The notes: generated by a model from the letters alone, not told the origin. Positions 42,959 to 52,737 are shown, counted from the first letter of the stretch. The stretch is 64,000 nt of DNA from Myxococcales bacterium (GCA_023248735.1 JAHFDY010000003.1:915-64914), one strand, 5' to 3'. Translations and numbers: made by a program.

Positions 42959-43647
42959 ATTCGTTCCTTGGGCAGCGGCAGCCTGTATCCTGACCCTCTC
43001 ACGGTTTCGAGCGCGAAGGCATCCCCTAGCTTTGCCCGAAGCCGCCTCACGTGGATATCTACGGTACGAGGTCCCCCGTCATAACGAGCTCCCCAGACAC
43101 GCGACAAGAGGGACTCTCGAGAGAAGAGTCGCCCTCGATGGGTCATCAGAAACTCGAGAAGCGCATACTCCTTCGCAGTCAACGTGATTGACCGTCCGCT
43201 AAGTTGAACATCATGGGCCGCGCGATCGATAACGAGCGCACCGACTTTCACGCGCTCATCGTGTGAGAATTCACTCTTCTGCCACTCGAGCCGTCGAATG
43301 CGCGCATAGAGCTCGGCTTCCGCGCACGGCAACGCGATGAAGTCATCGAAGCCCATTGACGGATCAAGTTGCGAAAGCTGGGCGATCGGCGTCGCCATCA
43401 GCATAGGCGCGTCTGGGAGCGTCGCGCGCCAACGATGAAGCGCGCTTGCCGCATAGTCCAGACGCGCACCCGCATCGATCACGACCGCTCGCACCGCAAA
43501 AGTTAGGTTCGCATCAGGGGGCAAAGCAAAAAGGTCAACTTCAATGACAACTGCACCGAGCTGCCTCAGAAGGACCGCGATGCCTCGAGCGTCTGTCGCC
43601 CGCGATTCGTGCGCAATGACAAGCAGCTGGCTCGCAATCGAGCTCAC
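42955..43647 (-). CDS. OmpR/PhoB-type winged-helix transcriptional regulator with a degenerate (pseudo-)receiver domain
   Basis: GTG 43647 has AAAGGGG upstream. The C-terminal region is LTAKEYALLEFLMTHRGRLFSRESLLSRVWG...RTVDIHVRRLRAKL. The receiver lacks the acidic pair (LLVIAHES) and the conserved Lys (DDFIALP). Confidence 0.75.
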   Translation of the reverse strand: MSSIASQLLVIAHESRATDARGIAVLLRQLGAVVIEVDLFALPPDANLTFAVRAVVIDAGARLDYAASALHRWRATLPDAPMLMATPIAQLSQLDPSMGFDDFIALPCAEAELYARIRRLEWQKSEFSHDERVKVGALVIDRAAHDVQLSGRSITLTAKEYALLEFLMTHRGRLFSRESLLSRVWGARYDGGPRTVDIHVRRLRAKLGDAFALETVRGSGYRLPLPKERI

Positions 43648-43658
43648 CCCTTTGCGAC

Positions 43659-45104
43659 TCACCCGACCTTGGTACCGCCAACGGTGATGCTGTCGATCTT
43701 GATCGTGGGGCACCCGACGCCAACGGGAACGCTCTGACCGTCCTTGCCACACGTCCAGATGCCATCGGAAATCTCAACGTCGTTACCGAGCATGCTCACG
43801 CGACGCATGACATCCGGGCCATTGCCAATCAGGTTGACCCCTTTGAGCGGAGACGTGATCTTTCCGTCTTCGATCAGGTAGCTTTCGGTAAGCGAAAAGA
43901 CGAAGTCGCCGTTGGCAATGTCGACTTGCCCGCCGCCAAACCGCTTCGCGAAGACGCCCCGCTTGACACTCTTGATGATCTCTTGCGGATCGTGCGGCCC
44001 CGCAAGGAGCATCGTGTTCGTCATGCGCGGCATCGGAACCGCGGCGAAGCTCTCGCGGCGCCCGTTGCCAGTTGGCGCTAGGCCGAAGTGTTTTGCGCTG
44101 TGGCGATCGTGCATGTAACCAACAAGGTTACCTTTGTCGATGAGAACGGATCGTCTTGGTTCGTTACCCTCGTCATCGACGTTGATCGATCCTCGCGACT
44201 GAAGAAGCGTCGCATCATCAACCACGGTGCAGAGTTCGCTCGCTACGACCTTACCGATCTGGCCAGCGTAGTTGCTTGTCCCCTTGCGGTTAAAGTCGGC
44301 CTCAAGACCGTGGCCGACGGCTTCGTGCAAAAGGATGCCACTGTCGCCTGGCGCGAGAACGACTTCGAACTGTCCGGCGGGCGCTTCGTGCGCGCCGAGC
44401 ATCGTGATCGCCTGCTCCGCTGCGCGCTTTGCGTGGACCTCGGGCGAAAGCGTGTCGAAGTACGCGAGGGTCGTGCGGCCGCCTCCGCCCGAAGAACCTT
44501 CTTGGCGTTTGCCATCCTGTTCGGCGATCACGCGCACGCCAAACCGGAGCAACGGTTGAACGTCGTGTGCCATCTTGCCGTCCGCGGTAAAAAGCAACAC
44601 TTCGCGGATCTCTTCGGCGAAGCTCGCCTCGCTTTTGATAATGCGCTTGTCGAAGGCCGCAGCGGCTTTCGCTGCGCGTTCGAGCAAGTCCCGTTTCATG
44701 GGGCCAGGCGCGTCAAGCGAAACCGAACCCAACTCGTAGCGGTGCGCGATCGTTACCGGCGTGATTTGCACGGGCTTCGTCGAGCCTCCACCCGCAGCGA
44801 TTTGCGCGGCCGTCTCCGCCGCACGTTTCATTGAGTCCCACTCGAGATCCTCGACATAAGCGTATCCGGTCGCATCGCCCGACTGGACCCGTACGCCAAC
44901 GCCCATCGAAACCCCGCGAGACGCACTTTTCAGGATGCCTTCGTCAAACAACAGCCCGCCAGCGGCGCGATACTCAAAGAAGAGATCCGCATGCTGACCA
45001 CCCCGCGATAGCGCAATGGAGAGCAACTTCGTTGCGGTTGCCGCGTCGATAGGATTTTCGCCTTGCGGGCCGAATGGCGCGCGATAGTGAGCCGATGCGG
45101 TCAT
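43659..45104 (-). CDS. tldD: metalloprotease TldD (PmbA/TldD family)
   Basis: HADLFFEY, GVGVRV..GDATGYAY, HEAVGHGLE and GGQVDIANGDFVFS are present. The start is either ATG 45104 or GTG 45143. Confidence 0.85.
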   Translation of the reverse strand: MTASAHYRAPFGPQGENPIDAATATKLLSIALSRGGQHADLFFEYRAAGGLLFDEGILKSASRGVSMGVGVRVQSGDATGYAYVEDLEWDSMKRAAETAAQIAAGGGSTKPVQITPVTIAHRYELGSVSLDAPGPMKRDLLERAAKAAAAFDKRIIKSEASFAEEIREVLLFTADGKMAHDVQPLLRFGVRVIAEQDGKRQEGSSGGGGRTTLAYFDTLSPEVHAKRAAEQAITMLGAHEAPAGQFEVVLAPGDSGILLHEAVGHGLEADFNRKGTSNYAGQIGKVVASELCTVVDDATLLQSRGSINVDDEGNEPRRSVLIDKGNLVGYMHDRHSAKHFGLAPTGNGRRESFAAVPMPRMTNTMLLAGPHDPQEIIKSVKRGVFAKRFGGGQVDIANGDFVFSLTESYLIEDGKITSPLKGVNLIGNGPDVMRRVSMLGNDVEISDGIWTCGKDGQSVPVGVGCPTIKIDSITVGGTKVG

Positions 45105-45292
45105 ATAGACCACGGTATCGCCACTTTGGGGGATCGTGGGCACTCATCTTCGGGCGGGCCCCCCCGAGGAGCCATACCCGTGGACCAAGGGGCTTGAAGA
45201 ACAACTGACACCGAGGTGTAGGCAACCATGCGGGTTAGGGAGTATCGTTCTTCCAGGGTTATTTTAGTTGGCAATAAGGAGTGCGATCGCCC

Positions 45293-47926
45293 GTGGCCAT
45301 TGACCGCGAAAAGGTACTTGCTGCTGCGCAGAAGTTTGCAGAGAAGCGCAAGTACGATCGTGCCATCGTTGAATATCAGAAGCTTATCGAGCAGGACCCG
45401 AACGACGCTCGGACGCTCCTCAAGATCGGCGATCTGCAATCCAAGATGGATGCCTACGCCGACGCCGTCGCAACGTACGAACGCGTCGGTCGCTTCTACG
45501 CACACCAGGGGTTCGCCCTCAAGGCGATCGCGGTCTACAAACAAATTCGCGAGATCGTCGGAAAACACCTTCCGCAACACGAAGAACGTTACGCGCACGT
45601 GCTCCCTCTGCTGGCCGATCTCTATCAACAGCTCGGGTTGACAACCGACGCCCTCAATACCTGGGACGAAGTCGCAACTCGCTATCAGCGACTCGGCCGC
45701 GACAACGAGGCGATCGAGGTCTTGCAGCGGATCATCGCGTTCGATCCACAGAATCCGATCGGTCACTTGCGTCTCGCCGAGGCGATGGCGCGCGCGCGTG
45801 ACGTAGAGGGCGCAACCCTCGAGTTTGACACCGCCGCACGAGCGCTCATCGGACAAGGACGACGCGACGACGCGCTTCGTGTGCTGGACCGTATGCTCCA
45901 TCTTCGTGCCGATCCCGAGCACGCCAAGATGGCCGCGGAGTTGTTCCTTGCGCGTGGTCACACGAACGATGGCCTTCAAGCCCTTGCAAAGTTACAAATC
46001 TGCTTTCAGGCGAATCCGCGCGATCTCGAAACACTCGAATTGCTCGCGCGGGCGTTTACGCAGATTCAGCAGACGCCGAAGGCCGTCGAAGTTTACAAAG
46101 AGATGGCGCGCATCGCGAAGGAGCAAGGGCGCATCGACCTCGTCGGCGAATACGTCGATAAACTCGTCTTGCTTGCGCCCGACGACGAAGGCGTACGCGC
46201 ACTCGTTCGTGAGTCTGGCGATATGTTGGCGTCCCGCGCCTCCGAAATTGCACTCGAGAGAGCTCGCGTTCAAGAAGGTGCCGATGAAATCGAAGAACTC
46301 GCTCCCGACTCGGCGATCGAACTCGACGACGACGCGCTCATCGAGGAAGAGATCGTCCTCACCGAAGGCTCGGCCGAGCTGCAAATCGTCGACCCGACCA
46401 TTGCGGCGGACGTAGCGAGCAACGATCGTCTTGCCGTGGCCCCAGATGCACCGGCGTTGCAGCCGATACGCTCGCGAGACCCGTCGGTCGTCTTCGAGGA
46501 GACCGAAGAAGACACGTTCGACCCGCCCACGGCCATCGCACGGGCGCTTCAAGACGCCGCTTCATTTCGGAGGGCGCGTCTGCACGACAAGGCGCTCCAG
46601 CTGCTGCACAATGCGGTGCGTGCCCATCCGAAGGCCCTCGACGTCCGATGGAGCTTGATCGAAATTCTTGTTGAAGTCGGACAACATGAGCGCGCGATCG
46701 ACGAGCTCCTGCAACTCGCGTCCGTGCAAGTGGACGGGCTCGATGCCGATGGCGCGGCGAGCACGCTGCACTATGTGTTGCAGCTCGATCCCGAGAACGC
46801 GCGTGCCTACGAACTCTTTCGCGCGCTCGGCTACGGTGAAGCGGTCGAACCCGAGGCGACCGAATTGCGCAGCAACTACGATCTCGACGACGAAGGCCCG
46901 CTGCCCTCGTTTGTTCTCGATGGCGAGTCGCGTCCAAGCATGGGCGATCTCGGACAATTCGATGACCCCTTCAGCGATCCGCTTCCTTCGTTTCCCCTTG
47001 CTGCCGAAAGCGAAGTCGCGCTCGATCTGATTCCCATACCGAGCGACGACGATGCGAATTTCGCTGAGCGCAAGACACTGCTCCGCAACGATCTCGACAT
47101 TGCACAGATTCGAGGAACGCGGGTCGAGCAGCCGCGCGCTGAGTCGCGTCTCGATCTTGAATCGGCACTCGAGGAAGCCGAATTTTTCGCTTCACGAGGC
47201 CTTCTCCAAGACGCTCTCGTTCTGCTGCGCGATCAGGCGCAACGCTTTCCGAATCACCCGCTCGTGCTCGAAAAGATCGAAGAGTTCGAAGCCATCGCGC
47301 GCGAGGTCCCCGAGCAGCTTGCGCCTGAAATGGGTCGCGAAAGCAGCCATGACCTCAGTGCTTTCCTCATCGATGAGCCTCTACCGGAAGCACCGGTCAA
47401 CGAAGAGTACCAAGTCGACGTGGAAGAGGTCTTCGCCAAGTTCAAGGAGGGCGTGGCAAAGCACATCCCGGCGGACGACGCGCAATCGCACTACGACCTT
47501 GGCGTCGCCTACAAAGAGATGGGACTCGAAGACGACGCCGTGCGCGAGCTCGAAATCGCCGCTCACAGCGACGAGCGTGCGGTTGTGTGCTGGTCACTTA
47601 TTGGTCAAATCGAGATCGGTCGCGGACGCGTGGACCGAGGCCTCGCTGCCTTCATCCGCGGGATCGACTCCGCTGAAAAGTCCAAGGAGCAAGAGGTCAT
47701 GCTCGCCTATGAGATCGCATCTTGTTACGAATCGAAGGAAGACGTTGCTCGAGCTGTCCTCTACTTTGAGCGTGCCGTCGCCATTTCGCCTGGGTTCCGC
47801 GACGGGCTGGAACGACTGGAGCGACTACGCCGCGGGGAGGTCAGCACCGAGGCTCCAAAGGCGACGCTCGGAAGTTTCGACGACCTCGACCGCATGTTCG
47901 ACGAGCTGCTCCGAAAGAAGAGCTGA
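45293..47926 (+). CDS. tetratricopeptide repeat protein (~880 aa) with an acidic central region
   Basis: Repeated TPR-like helices are present (KYDRAIVEYQKLIEQDPNDARTLLKIGDL...; HYDLGVAYKEMGLEDDAVRELEIA...). GTG 45293 lies 11 nt after AAGGAG. The track start is 45281. Confidence 0.8.
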   Translation: MAIDREKVLAAAQKFAEKRKYDRAIVEYQKLIEQDPNDARTLLKIGDLQSKMDAYADAVATYERVGRFYAHQGFALKAIAVYKQIREIVGKHLPQHEERYAHVLPLLADLYQQLGLTTDALNTWDEVATRYQRLGRDNEAIEVLQRIIAFDPQNPIGHLRLAEAMARARDVEGATLEFDTAARALIGQGRRDDALRVLDRMLHLRADPEHAKMAAELFLARGHTNDGLQALAKLQICFQANPRDLETLELLARAFTQIQQTPKAVEVYKEMARIAKEQGRIDLVGEYVDKLVLLAPDDEGVRALVRESGDMLASRASEIALERARVQEGADEIEELAPDSAIELDDDALIEEEIVLTEGSAELQIVDPTIAADVASNDRLAVAPDAPALQPIRSRDPSVVFEETEEDTFDPPTAIARALQDAASFRRARLHDKALQLLHNAVRAHPKALDVRWSLIEILVEVGQHERAIDELLQLASVQVDGLDADGAASTLHYVLQLDPENARAYELFRALGYGEAVEPEATELRSNYDLDDEGPLPSFVLDGESRPSMGDLGQFDDPFSDPLPSFPLAAESEVALDLIPIPSDDDANFAERKTLLRNDLDIAQIRGTRVEQPRAESRLDLESALEEAEFFASRGLLQDALVLLRDQAQRFPNHPLVLEKIEEFEAIAREVPEQLAPEMGRESSHDLSAFLIDEPLPEAPVNEEYQVDVEEVFAKFKEGVAKHIPADDAQSHYDLGVAYKEMGLEDDAVRELEIAAHSDERAVVCWSLIGQIEIGRGRVDRGLAAFIRGIDSAEKSKEQEVMLAYEIASCYESKEDVARAVLYFERAVAISPGFRDGLERLERLRRGEVSTEAPKATLGSFDDLDRMFDELLRKKS

Positions 47927-47951
47927 CCCGCGATGTCAAAGAGGAGCGACG

Positions 47952-48401
47952 TTGAGCACAGTTCTCGAAATTGATCGCATCCTGCAGATCTTGCCTCACC
48001 GATGGCCCTTCGTCATGGTCGATCGCGTCAACGAATTTCATCCGAAAGAGCGCATTTTCGGTTACAAATTGGTGAGCGCCAGCGAAATTTGGTGTCAGGG
48101 GCACTTCCCGGGGCGTCCGATCATGCCGGGAGTCCTCGTTATCGAATCGCTCATGCAGCTAGCGGCCTTGCTGGCGTACGCGAGTGACCCTTTCGACGTG
48201 TCCACTTCGCTCATGTATTTTCTCGGCATCGAGAAAGCCAAGTTCCGTCGCCCCGTCATTCCGGGAGACAAGCTCGACCTTGAAGTGAACGTGATTCAAC
48301 AACGCACGAACGTGTGGAAATTTAGGGGCGAGGCGTGTGTGGACGGCTCAACGGCAGCGACGGCCGAATTCATCGCAAGCGTGGTTGATAGGGAAGCGTA
48401 G
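47952..48401 (+). CDS. fabZ: 3-hydroxyacyl-ACP dehydratase FabZ
   Basis: TTG 47952 is preceded by AAGAGGAG. ILPHRWPFVMVDRV and CQGHFPGRPIMPGVL motifs are present. Track ORF 47052..48401 is an artefactual upstream extension through the TPR gene. Confidence 0.9.
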   Translation: MSTVLEIDRILQILPHRWPFVMVDRVNEFHPKERIFGYKLVSASEIWCQGHFPGRPIMPGVLVIESLMQLAALLAYASDPFDVSTSLMYFLGIEKAKFRRPVIPGDKLDLEVNVIQQRTNVWKFRGEACVDGSTAATAEFIASVVDREA

Positions 48402-48440
48402 TCACAAATAGTTGCGGGCGCGACGAACATGCCCGCCGCT

Positions 48441-49028
48441 TCACGGCACTTTTGGCTTGTCGATGCCACCCTTGGGCTTCTCTTCCCGATCTTTTTCCTT
48501 ACCGCCGGCGGAGCCGCCATTGGAGAGGCGAATGACCTTGTCCGTAAGATCGAGGTCCGACCTGAAGAAAGGAGCGCCGGCGCGGTCGACGATCAAATCG
48601 TATCCCTCTTGTGATGCGAGGCGCTTGATGTTGCCCATCACGCGCTCAACAATCGGGTCCGTCAGCTCTTTTTGCTTCTTGAAGATCTCTTTGTTGTACG
48701 TCTCGAGCATTGCCTGCAGCTCGATCGTTTGGCGGCGGAAGTCTTCCTCGCGCTTTTGAAACGCCTCTTTCGACATCACGCGCATTTGCTTTTCGAGGTC
48801 ATCACGTTGCTTGAGGAGCTCTTGCTCCTTGCGGCCGAGTTCTTGCTGCTTGCTCTCAAAGAGCTTTTTCATGGTGGCGCGCGCACGAAGCCCATCTTCA
48901 GTGTCAGCAACGGCTCGCTGCGTATCGACGACGGCTACCTTGAGCGCGTCGGCCGCGACAGCTGCCCCAGGGGATCCAACTGCAAGCGCCGTGAGCACGA
49001 GGGTCGAAGCGAGGTGTTTGAAGTTCAT
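48441..49028 (-). CDS. OmpH/Skp family periplasmic chaperone
   Basis: ATG 49028 gives the signal MNFKHLASTLVLTALAVGSPGAAVA. A charged coiled-coil body follows (KKLFESKQQELGRKEQELLKQRDDLEKQ). Confidence 0.8.
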   Translation of the reverse strand: MNFKHLASTLVLTALAVGSPGAAVAADALKVAVVDTQRAVADTEDGLRARATMKKLFESKQQELGRKEQELLKQRDDLEKQMRVMSKEAFQKREEDFRRQTIELQAMLETYNKEIFKKQKELTDPIVERVMGNIKRLASQEGYDLIVDRAGAPFFRSDLDLTDKVIRLSNGGSAGGKEKDREEKPKGGIDKPKVP

Positions 49029-49138
49029 CGTAACGGACGGCGTACCCAAGGCGGCTCCGTGGGTCAAGCGCGCGGCGTGCCCGCGCGAAATCGAACGTCA
49101 AAGAACGGAAGCGAAAGGCCGTCGCGACGTCAGTGTTT

Positions 49139-50152
49139 CTAGTGATGCGAGTGCGCGCCGTCGTTGTCGACTTGGATGGTCACGTGGTGAAGTCCGAAGG
49201 CTGTCTTTAGCTTCTCGGCCACGAAGGCTCCGACCGAACCGTGTCCGCCTTTCGCGCGGATGTGGGCCATCAGGATGTCCTTGCCTCCGCCGAGCGTCCA
49301 AACGTGAAGGGAGGCAACCGATTCGACGCCGGGGTGCGCGGCAAGAAGCGCACGCACTTGATCAAGTGACACTCGTTTTGGTGCTCCCTCGAGGAGCACC
49401 GTCAGTGCATCGCGTATCAGCCGCAAGGCCCCTACAGCGATAATCGCAGCAACCACTAAACTCGCGGCAAGGTCGACCTGCCGCGGCCCCTTGAACCAAA
49501 TCACAACGGCCGCAGCCAATGCCATGAGCGAACCCAGTGCATCCCCCATCAGGTGGAGCCATACCCCCCTTAGGTTGAGGTTGTGGTCGTGTTTCGACGC
49601 CGCTTCACCGTCGTGCGCGTGTGCGGTGCCATGTTGGCCCGCGTGATCGTGGTCGTGGTCATGCGCATGCGGAGCGGGGTCGTGACCGTGGTCGTGGCTG
49701 TCGCCGTGATCGTGTCCCATCGCACCGTGCAGCAGCCACGCGCACGTCCCGTTGACGACCAATGCGACCGCAGACACCGGCAACATGATGCGGGCGTTTG
49801 GGGTGACGCCCGATCCGAGCGACTCGAATGCCTCGTGAACGATCTCAAACGTCGCGATGAGAACGAGCATTGCGTTGAGCAACGCAGCAATGGGCTCTGC
49901 GCGCCGCAGACCAAACGTAAAGCGATCCGTCGGTTTGCGAGTCGACAGTCGCATCGCGATCAAGCCGGCTGCGAGCGCAATGCAATCCATCAGCAAGTGG
50001 AGGGCGTCCGTCTTGAGGACGTTGCTCTTGGCGAGCACCCCGCCGGCAAACTCCGCAGTGAAGAACGTGCCAACGATCGCCAAAATGATCGTCAACCTCC
50101 TTGCCTGCATGGCCTCTCGCTGCGTCAGCGGCGCCCCAGTTGCTCCACTCAT
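49139..50152 (-). CDS. cation diffusion facilitator (CzcD/ZitB-like) transporter with a His-rich cytoplasmic loop
   Basis: Six TM segments are present, with HLLMDCIA and HLMGDALGS (HxxxD) motifs. The loop is HDHGDSHDHGHDPAPHAHDHDHDHAGQHGTAHAHD. Confidence 0.85.
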   Translation of the reverse strand: MSGATGAPLTQREAMQARRLTIILAIVGTFFTAEFAGGVLAKSNVLKTDALHLLMDCIALAAGLIAMRLSTRKPTDRFTFGLRRAEPIAALLNAMLVLIATFEIVHEAFESLGSGVTPNARIMLPVSAVALVVNGTCAWLLHGAMGHDHGDSHDHGHDPAPHAHDHDHDHAGQHGTAHAHDGEAASKHDHNLNLRGVWLHLMGDALGSLMALAAAVVIWFKGPRQVDLAASLVVAAIIAVGALRLIRDALTVLLEGAPKRVSLDQVRALLAAHPGVESVASLHVWTLGGGKDILMAHIRAKGGHGSVGAFVAEKLKTAFGLHHVTIQVDNDGAHSHH

Positions 50153-50182
50153 TGTCCCCCTTATAGCGGACTCGCGAGCTCA

Positions 50183-51241
50183 CTACTCTTCTTCGTCGCG
50201 AGCGCGGCCACTACGCGTCATGAATTCGCTCATCGCCTCGGCCGTCGCCCGTACGAGCGGAACGACCTTGGGATAATCCATGCGCGTGGGCCCAATCACG
50301 CCAACCGTTCCACCTGCCCGACCATGCGCCGAATACGAAGCGCCCACGATCGCGAGTTGCCCGCCGCCCAACTCGCCCGCTTCACTACCCACGACGACGC
50401 CGCTGGCGGCCATCATGTCGTCAAATAGCTTTATCAATTTTTCTCGCGAATCGAGGGCAAAAACGATCTGCTTCACCCCAGAGGGATCGGAAAACTCGGG
50501 CATGCCAAGCAAACGCTCCTGGCCCTCGATGACCAACGTGGGCGCGACGTCATGCTCCGCCGAAACCGCCGCCTCGCCCAAGGAGAACGCTTGGCGCTTC
50601 ACTTCATCTTGCTTCACGTGCTCACTCAGGAGTCGGCGTTCGAACAGATCGCGCAGCTCGCCGAGGGATCTCCCCTCAATGATATCGTCAAGAACATTGT
50701 GCACTTTCACGAGCTCGTCCTCGGTTATCTCCGCACGAAGAAATCGGTTTTGCACGCCTCCATCTTGCAGAACGAGTACCGCCAATACCTCTTGCGCGGA
50801 TGTGCGAATGAACCGCAGCCTGCGCAGGGTGAGGCCTTGTTGCCTCGGCGGCACGACCACCGCCACCGTTCCAGAAAGTTCGCTGAGCAGGCGTCCCGTT
50901 TCACGCATGATGCTCGTTGCCGATGACGTGACCGATAGCGTTTCGAATCTTGCCCGAATGCGTTCATCGTCTTCGCTCGATAACGCTTTCACCTCCATAA
51001 GTGCGTCAATGAAAAGGCGAAACGCACGGTCGGTGGGGATGCGGCCCGAACTCGTGTGTGGCTGGGCGAGATAGCCCGCTTCCTCGAGATCGGCGAGGAC
51101 ATTGCGTATCGACGCGGGTGACAAGTCGATGCCACTCTTCTTCGCCAGCGTGCGCGAGCCAACGGGCTCACCCGTGGAGACGTATTCACTAACCGCGTGA
51201 TAGAGGATGCGCTTGGCGCGACCGCTTAGCTGATCGCTCAT
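50183..51241 (-). CDS. hrcA: heat-inducible transcription repressor HrcA
   Basis: The N-terminal region is RAKRILYHAVSEYVSTGEPVGSRTLAKKSGIDLSPASIRNVLADLEEAGYLAQPHTSSGRIPTD. Confidence 0.9.
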   Translation of the reverse strand: MSDQLSGRAKRILYHAVSEYVSTGEPVGSRTLAKKSGIDLSPASIRNVLADLEEAGYLAQPHTSSGRIPTDRAFRLFIDALMEVKALSSEDDERIRARFETLSVTSSATSIMRETGRLLSELSGTVAVVVPPRQQGLTLRRLRFIRTSAQEVLAVLVLQDGGVQNRFLRAEITEDELVKVHNVLDDIIEGRSLGELRDLFERRLLSEHVKQDEVKRQAFSLGEAAVSAEHDVAPTLVIEGQERLLGMPEFSDPSGVKQIVFALDSREKLIKLFDDMMAASGVVVGSEAGELGGGQLAIVGASYSAHGRAGGTVGVIGPTRMDYPKVVPLVRATAEAMSEFMTRSGRARDEEE

Positions 51242-51333
51242 TCCGGCAAAAATAGCACCTTACGCGGAGGCCCGCAGGTTTTCGCCGATGTGGGCGCAGG
51301 GACTCAAAATGCCCAGTGCCCCCGCATGTGCAC

Positions 51334-51591
51334 TCAATCATCGGCGAGGACCTGCATGCCGCTGATCTCATTGCGCAGCTCGGCCAGCAACCCATCAAGG
51401 GCGCGGATTTGCGCGACGGGCGCCGCGATTGTGAGCTCGCCACCTCTTTCAGCGAAGACCTGAGCGAGCCCTTCATGCGCGTCGATGATGCCTTTGAGGA
51501 ACACGACGTCCGGTGCATGAACCAAGACTCTCCGCGCGATCATTTGATCGCCGATCATCGGAGCGACGGCTTTCTTCGACATCGCTGGCAA
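51334..51591 (-). CDS. small protein, DUF4911-like
   Basis: 85 aa. DVVFLKGIIDAHEGLAQVF...GELTIAAP...LDGLLAELRNE resembles the DUF4911 pattern. The assignment is from memory of that family and is not verified. Confidence 0.5.
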   Translation of the reverse strand: MPAMSKKAVAPMIGDQMIARRVLVHAPDVVFLKGIIDAHEGLAQVFAERGGELTIAAPVAQIRALDGLLAELRNEISGMQVLADD

Positions 51592-51592
51592 C

Positions 51593-52702
51593 TCACCCCA
51601 ATAGTGGATCGTCTATCAGCTCAGGCGCTACCACCTTCGGCGCTCTGCGCTCCTCGACCCGCGTACGCGCAAACTGCACGAGCTTTTCAACGTAACTCTC
51701 GAGCGGCGGACATTGTAACTCGTAACGTTGCAATACATCTTCTGCGTTGCGCGCGTCGTACCAAACCGACGTGACGAGGGCATCGACGAACGCGCGAGGG
51801 CTCTTGACGAAGCGATCGAGCCCGGGAGTGCGCAAGAGCGCCTTTGCGAGATTCGCGGGGATCGATCCACGGGGATCGCGCATGCCACCAACACGTGCCA
51901 CCAGTTCGAACGCGCGACGCGCAGGCATCGGCGCGGGGTCGACGATGTGGAATGTGCGCCCAGGCGAATCGGCATCGAGCGCGATCGCCACAAGCGCGCG
52001 CGCCACAAAGTCGACCGGAACCATGTGGAGGGGCACGTCACCACGACCGAGAAGCGGCACCGCAAACTCGGGCGGAGCCACCAGCATCAAGAGAATAAAT
52101 AGGTATGGCCCTTCGAAACTGTCAACCTCGCCCGTTTGCGAATGCCCCACGATCATCGATGGTCGTACGATGGCAACCGGCAACGTCTTCGAAGCGTTAT
52201 GGAACAGCGTTTCGGCGCGCGCCAACGTCTCCTCGACAGGATTGCGAAACCGCTGACCACCGCGCAGCTCGCTCTCGCGAACGACGCCAGTTCGATCGCC
52301 AGAAACAAGTGCGGACGAAAGAGCCACAAGCAACTTGAGGCGACCACAGAGCCGCGCGATCTCGATGATCTCGCGCGCACCCCCAAGGTTCAGTGATTCA
52401 GCCTCATCACGCCGACCACCCCAAAATGTAACTTGTGCTGCATGAATGATGCGGGTTATCCGCGGCGTCCATTCGTTGAGCTCGGCACCTGAGAGGCCAA
52501 GATCGATGTGCGTCACCTCGCCCTCGAGCAACGTCAACTTCGCTCGCCTCTTCGTCGGGAGGCTCGTTGCCCAAGCCACCGCGTCCTCCATAGCCGTAGC
52601 GCTAACGACGCAAACAACCGTCGCCCCCTTCTCTAGCCACTTGAGGACAACCTCTCGCGCAATGAGCGAAGGCACACCGGTAACGAGAACGCACTCCACC
52701 AT
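51593..52702 (-). CDS. SDR-family NAD-dependent epimerase / thioester (fatty acyl) reductase-like protein
   Basis: The N-terminal Rossmann region is VLVTGVPSLIAREVV. IIHAAQVTF and the overall 369-aa layout resemble NAD_binding_4/epimerase proteins. Confidence 0.6.
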   Translation of the reverse strand: MVECVLVTGVPSLIAREVVLKWLEKGATVVCVVSATAMEDAVAWATSLPTKRRAKLTLLEGEVTHIDLGLSGAELNEWTPRITRIIHAAQVTFWGGRRDEAESLNLGGAREIIEIARLCGRLKLLVALSSALVSGDRTGVVRESELRGGQRFRNPVEETLARAETLFHNASKTLPVAIVRPSMIVGHSQTGEVDSFEGPYLFILLMLVAPPEFAVPLLGRGDVPLHMVPVDFVARALVAIALDADSPGRTFHIVDPAPMPARRAFELVARVGGMRDPRGSIPANLAKALLRTPGLDRFVKSPRAFVDALVTSVWYDARNAEDVLQRYELQCPPLESYVEKLVQFARTRVEERRAPKVVAPELIDDPLLG

Positions 52703-52737
52703 CGGGCGAGGAGTGTATCAGCTATCGGAAGCGATGA

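Noticed and set aside
42057-43187. Long antisense ORFs inside well-supported genes (42057..43187 in pdxA, 22866..23795 in truD, 55114..55899 in PP2C, 50280..51074 in hrcA, 3561..4289 in ALDH, 37337..38155 in the methyltransferase, 1222..2049 in the AGPS-like gene)
   Set aside because: Stop-poor antisense frames are typical of G+C-rich DNA. In each case the opposite strand carries diagnostic family motifs.
45101-45979. 292-aa minus-strand ORF overlapping the start of the TPR gene
   Set aside because: It is antisense to a clearly TPR-structured ORF. It also overlaps the tldD 5' end and has no motifs.
47052-47951. The 5' 900 nt of track ORF 47052..48401 (449 aa)
   Set aside because: Only the last 149 codons are FabZ-like. 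The upstream part is an alternative frame of the TPR gene, with a Ser/Arg-rich junk translation. The real fabZ start is TTG 47952, behind AAGAGGAG.
51297-51323. CIRCE-like inverted repeat in the gap upstream of hrcA (minus strand GGGGCACTG-N8-GAGTCCCTG)
   Set aside because: Only about 5 of 9 matches per arm to TTAGCACTC/GAGTGCTAA, and the spacer is 8 nt rather than 9. This is too weak to call.
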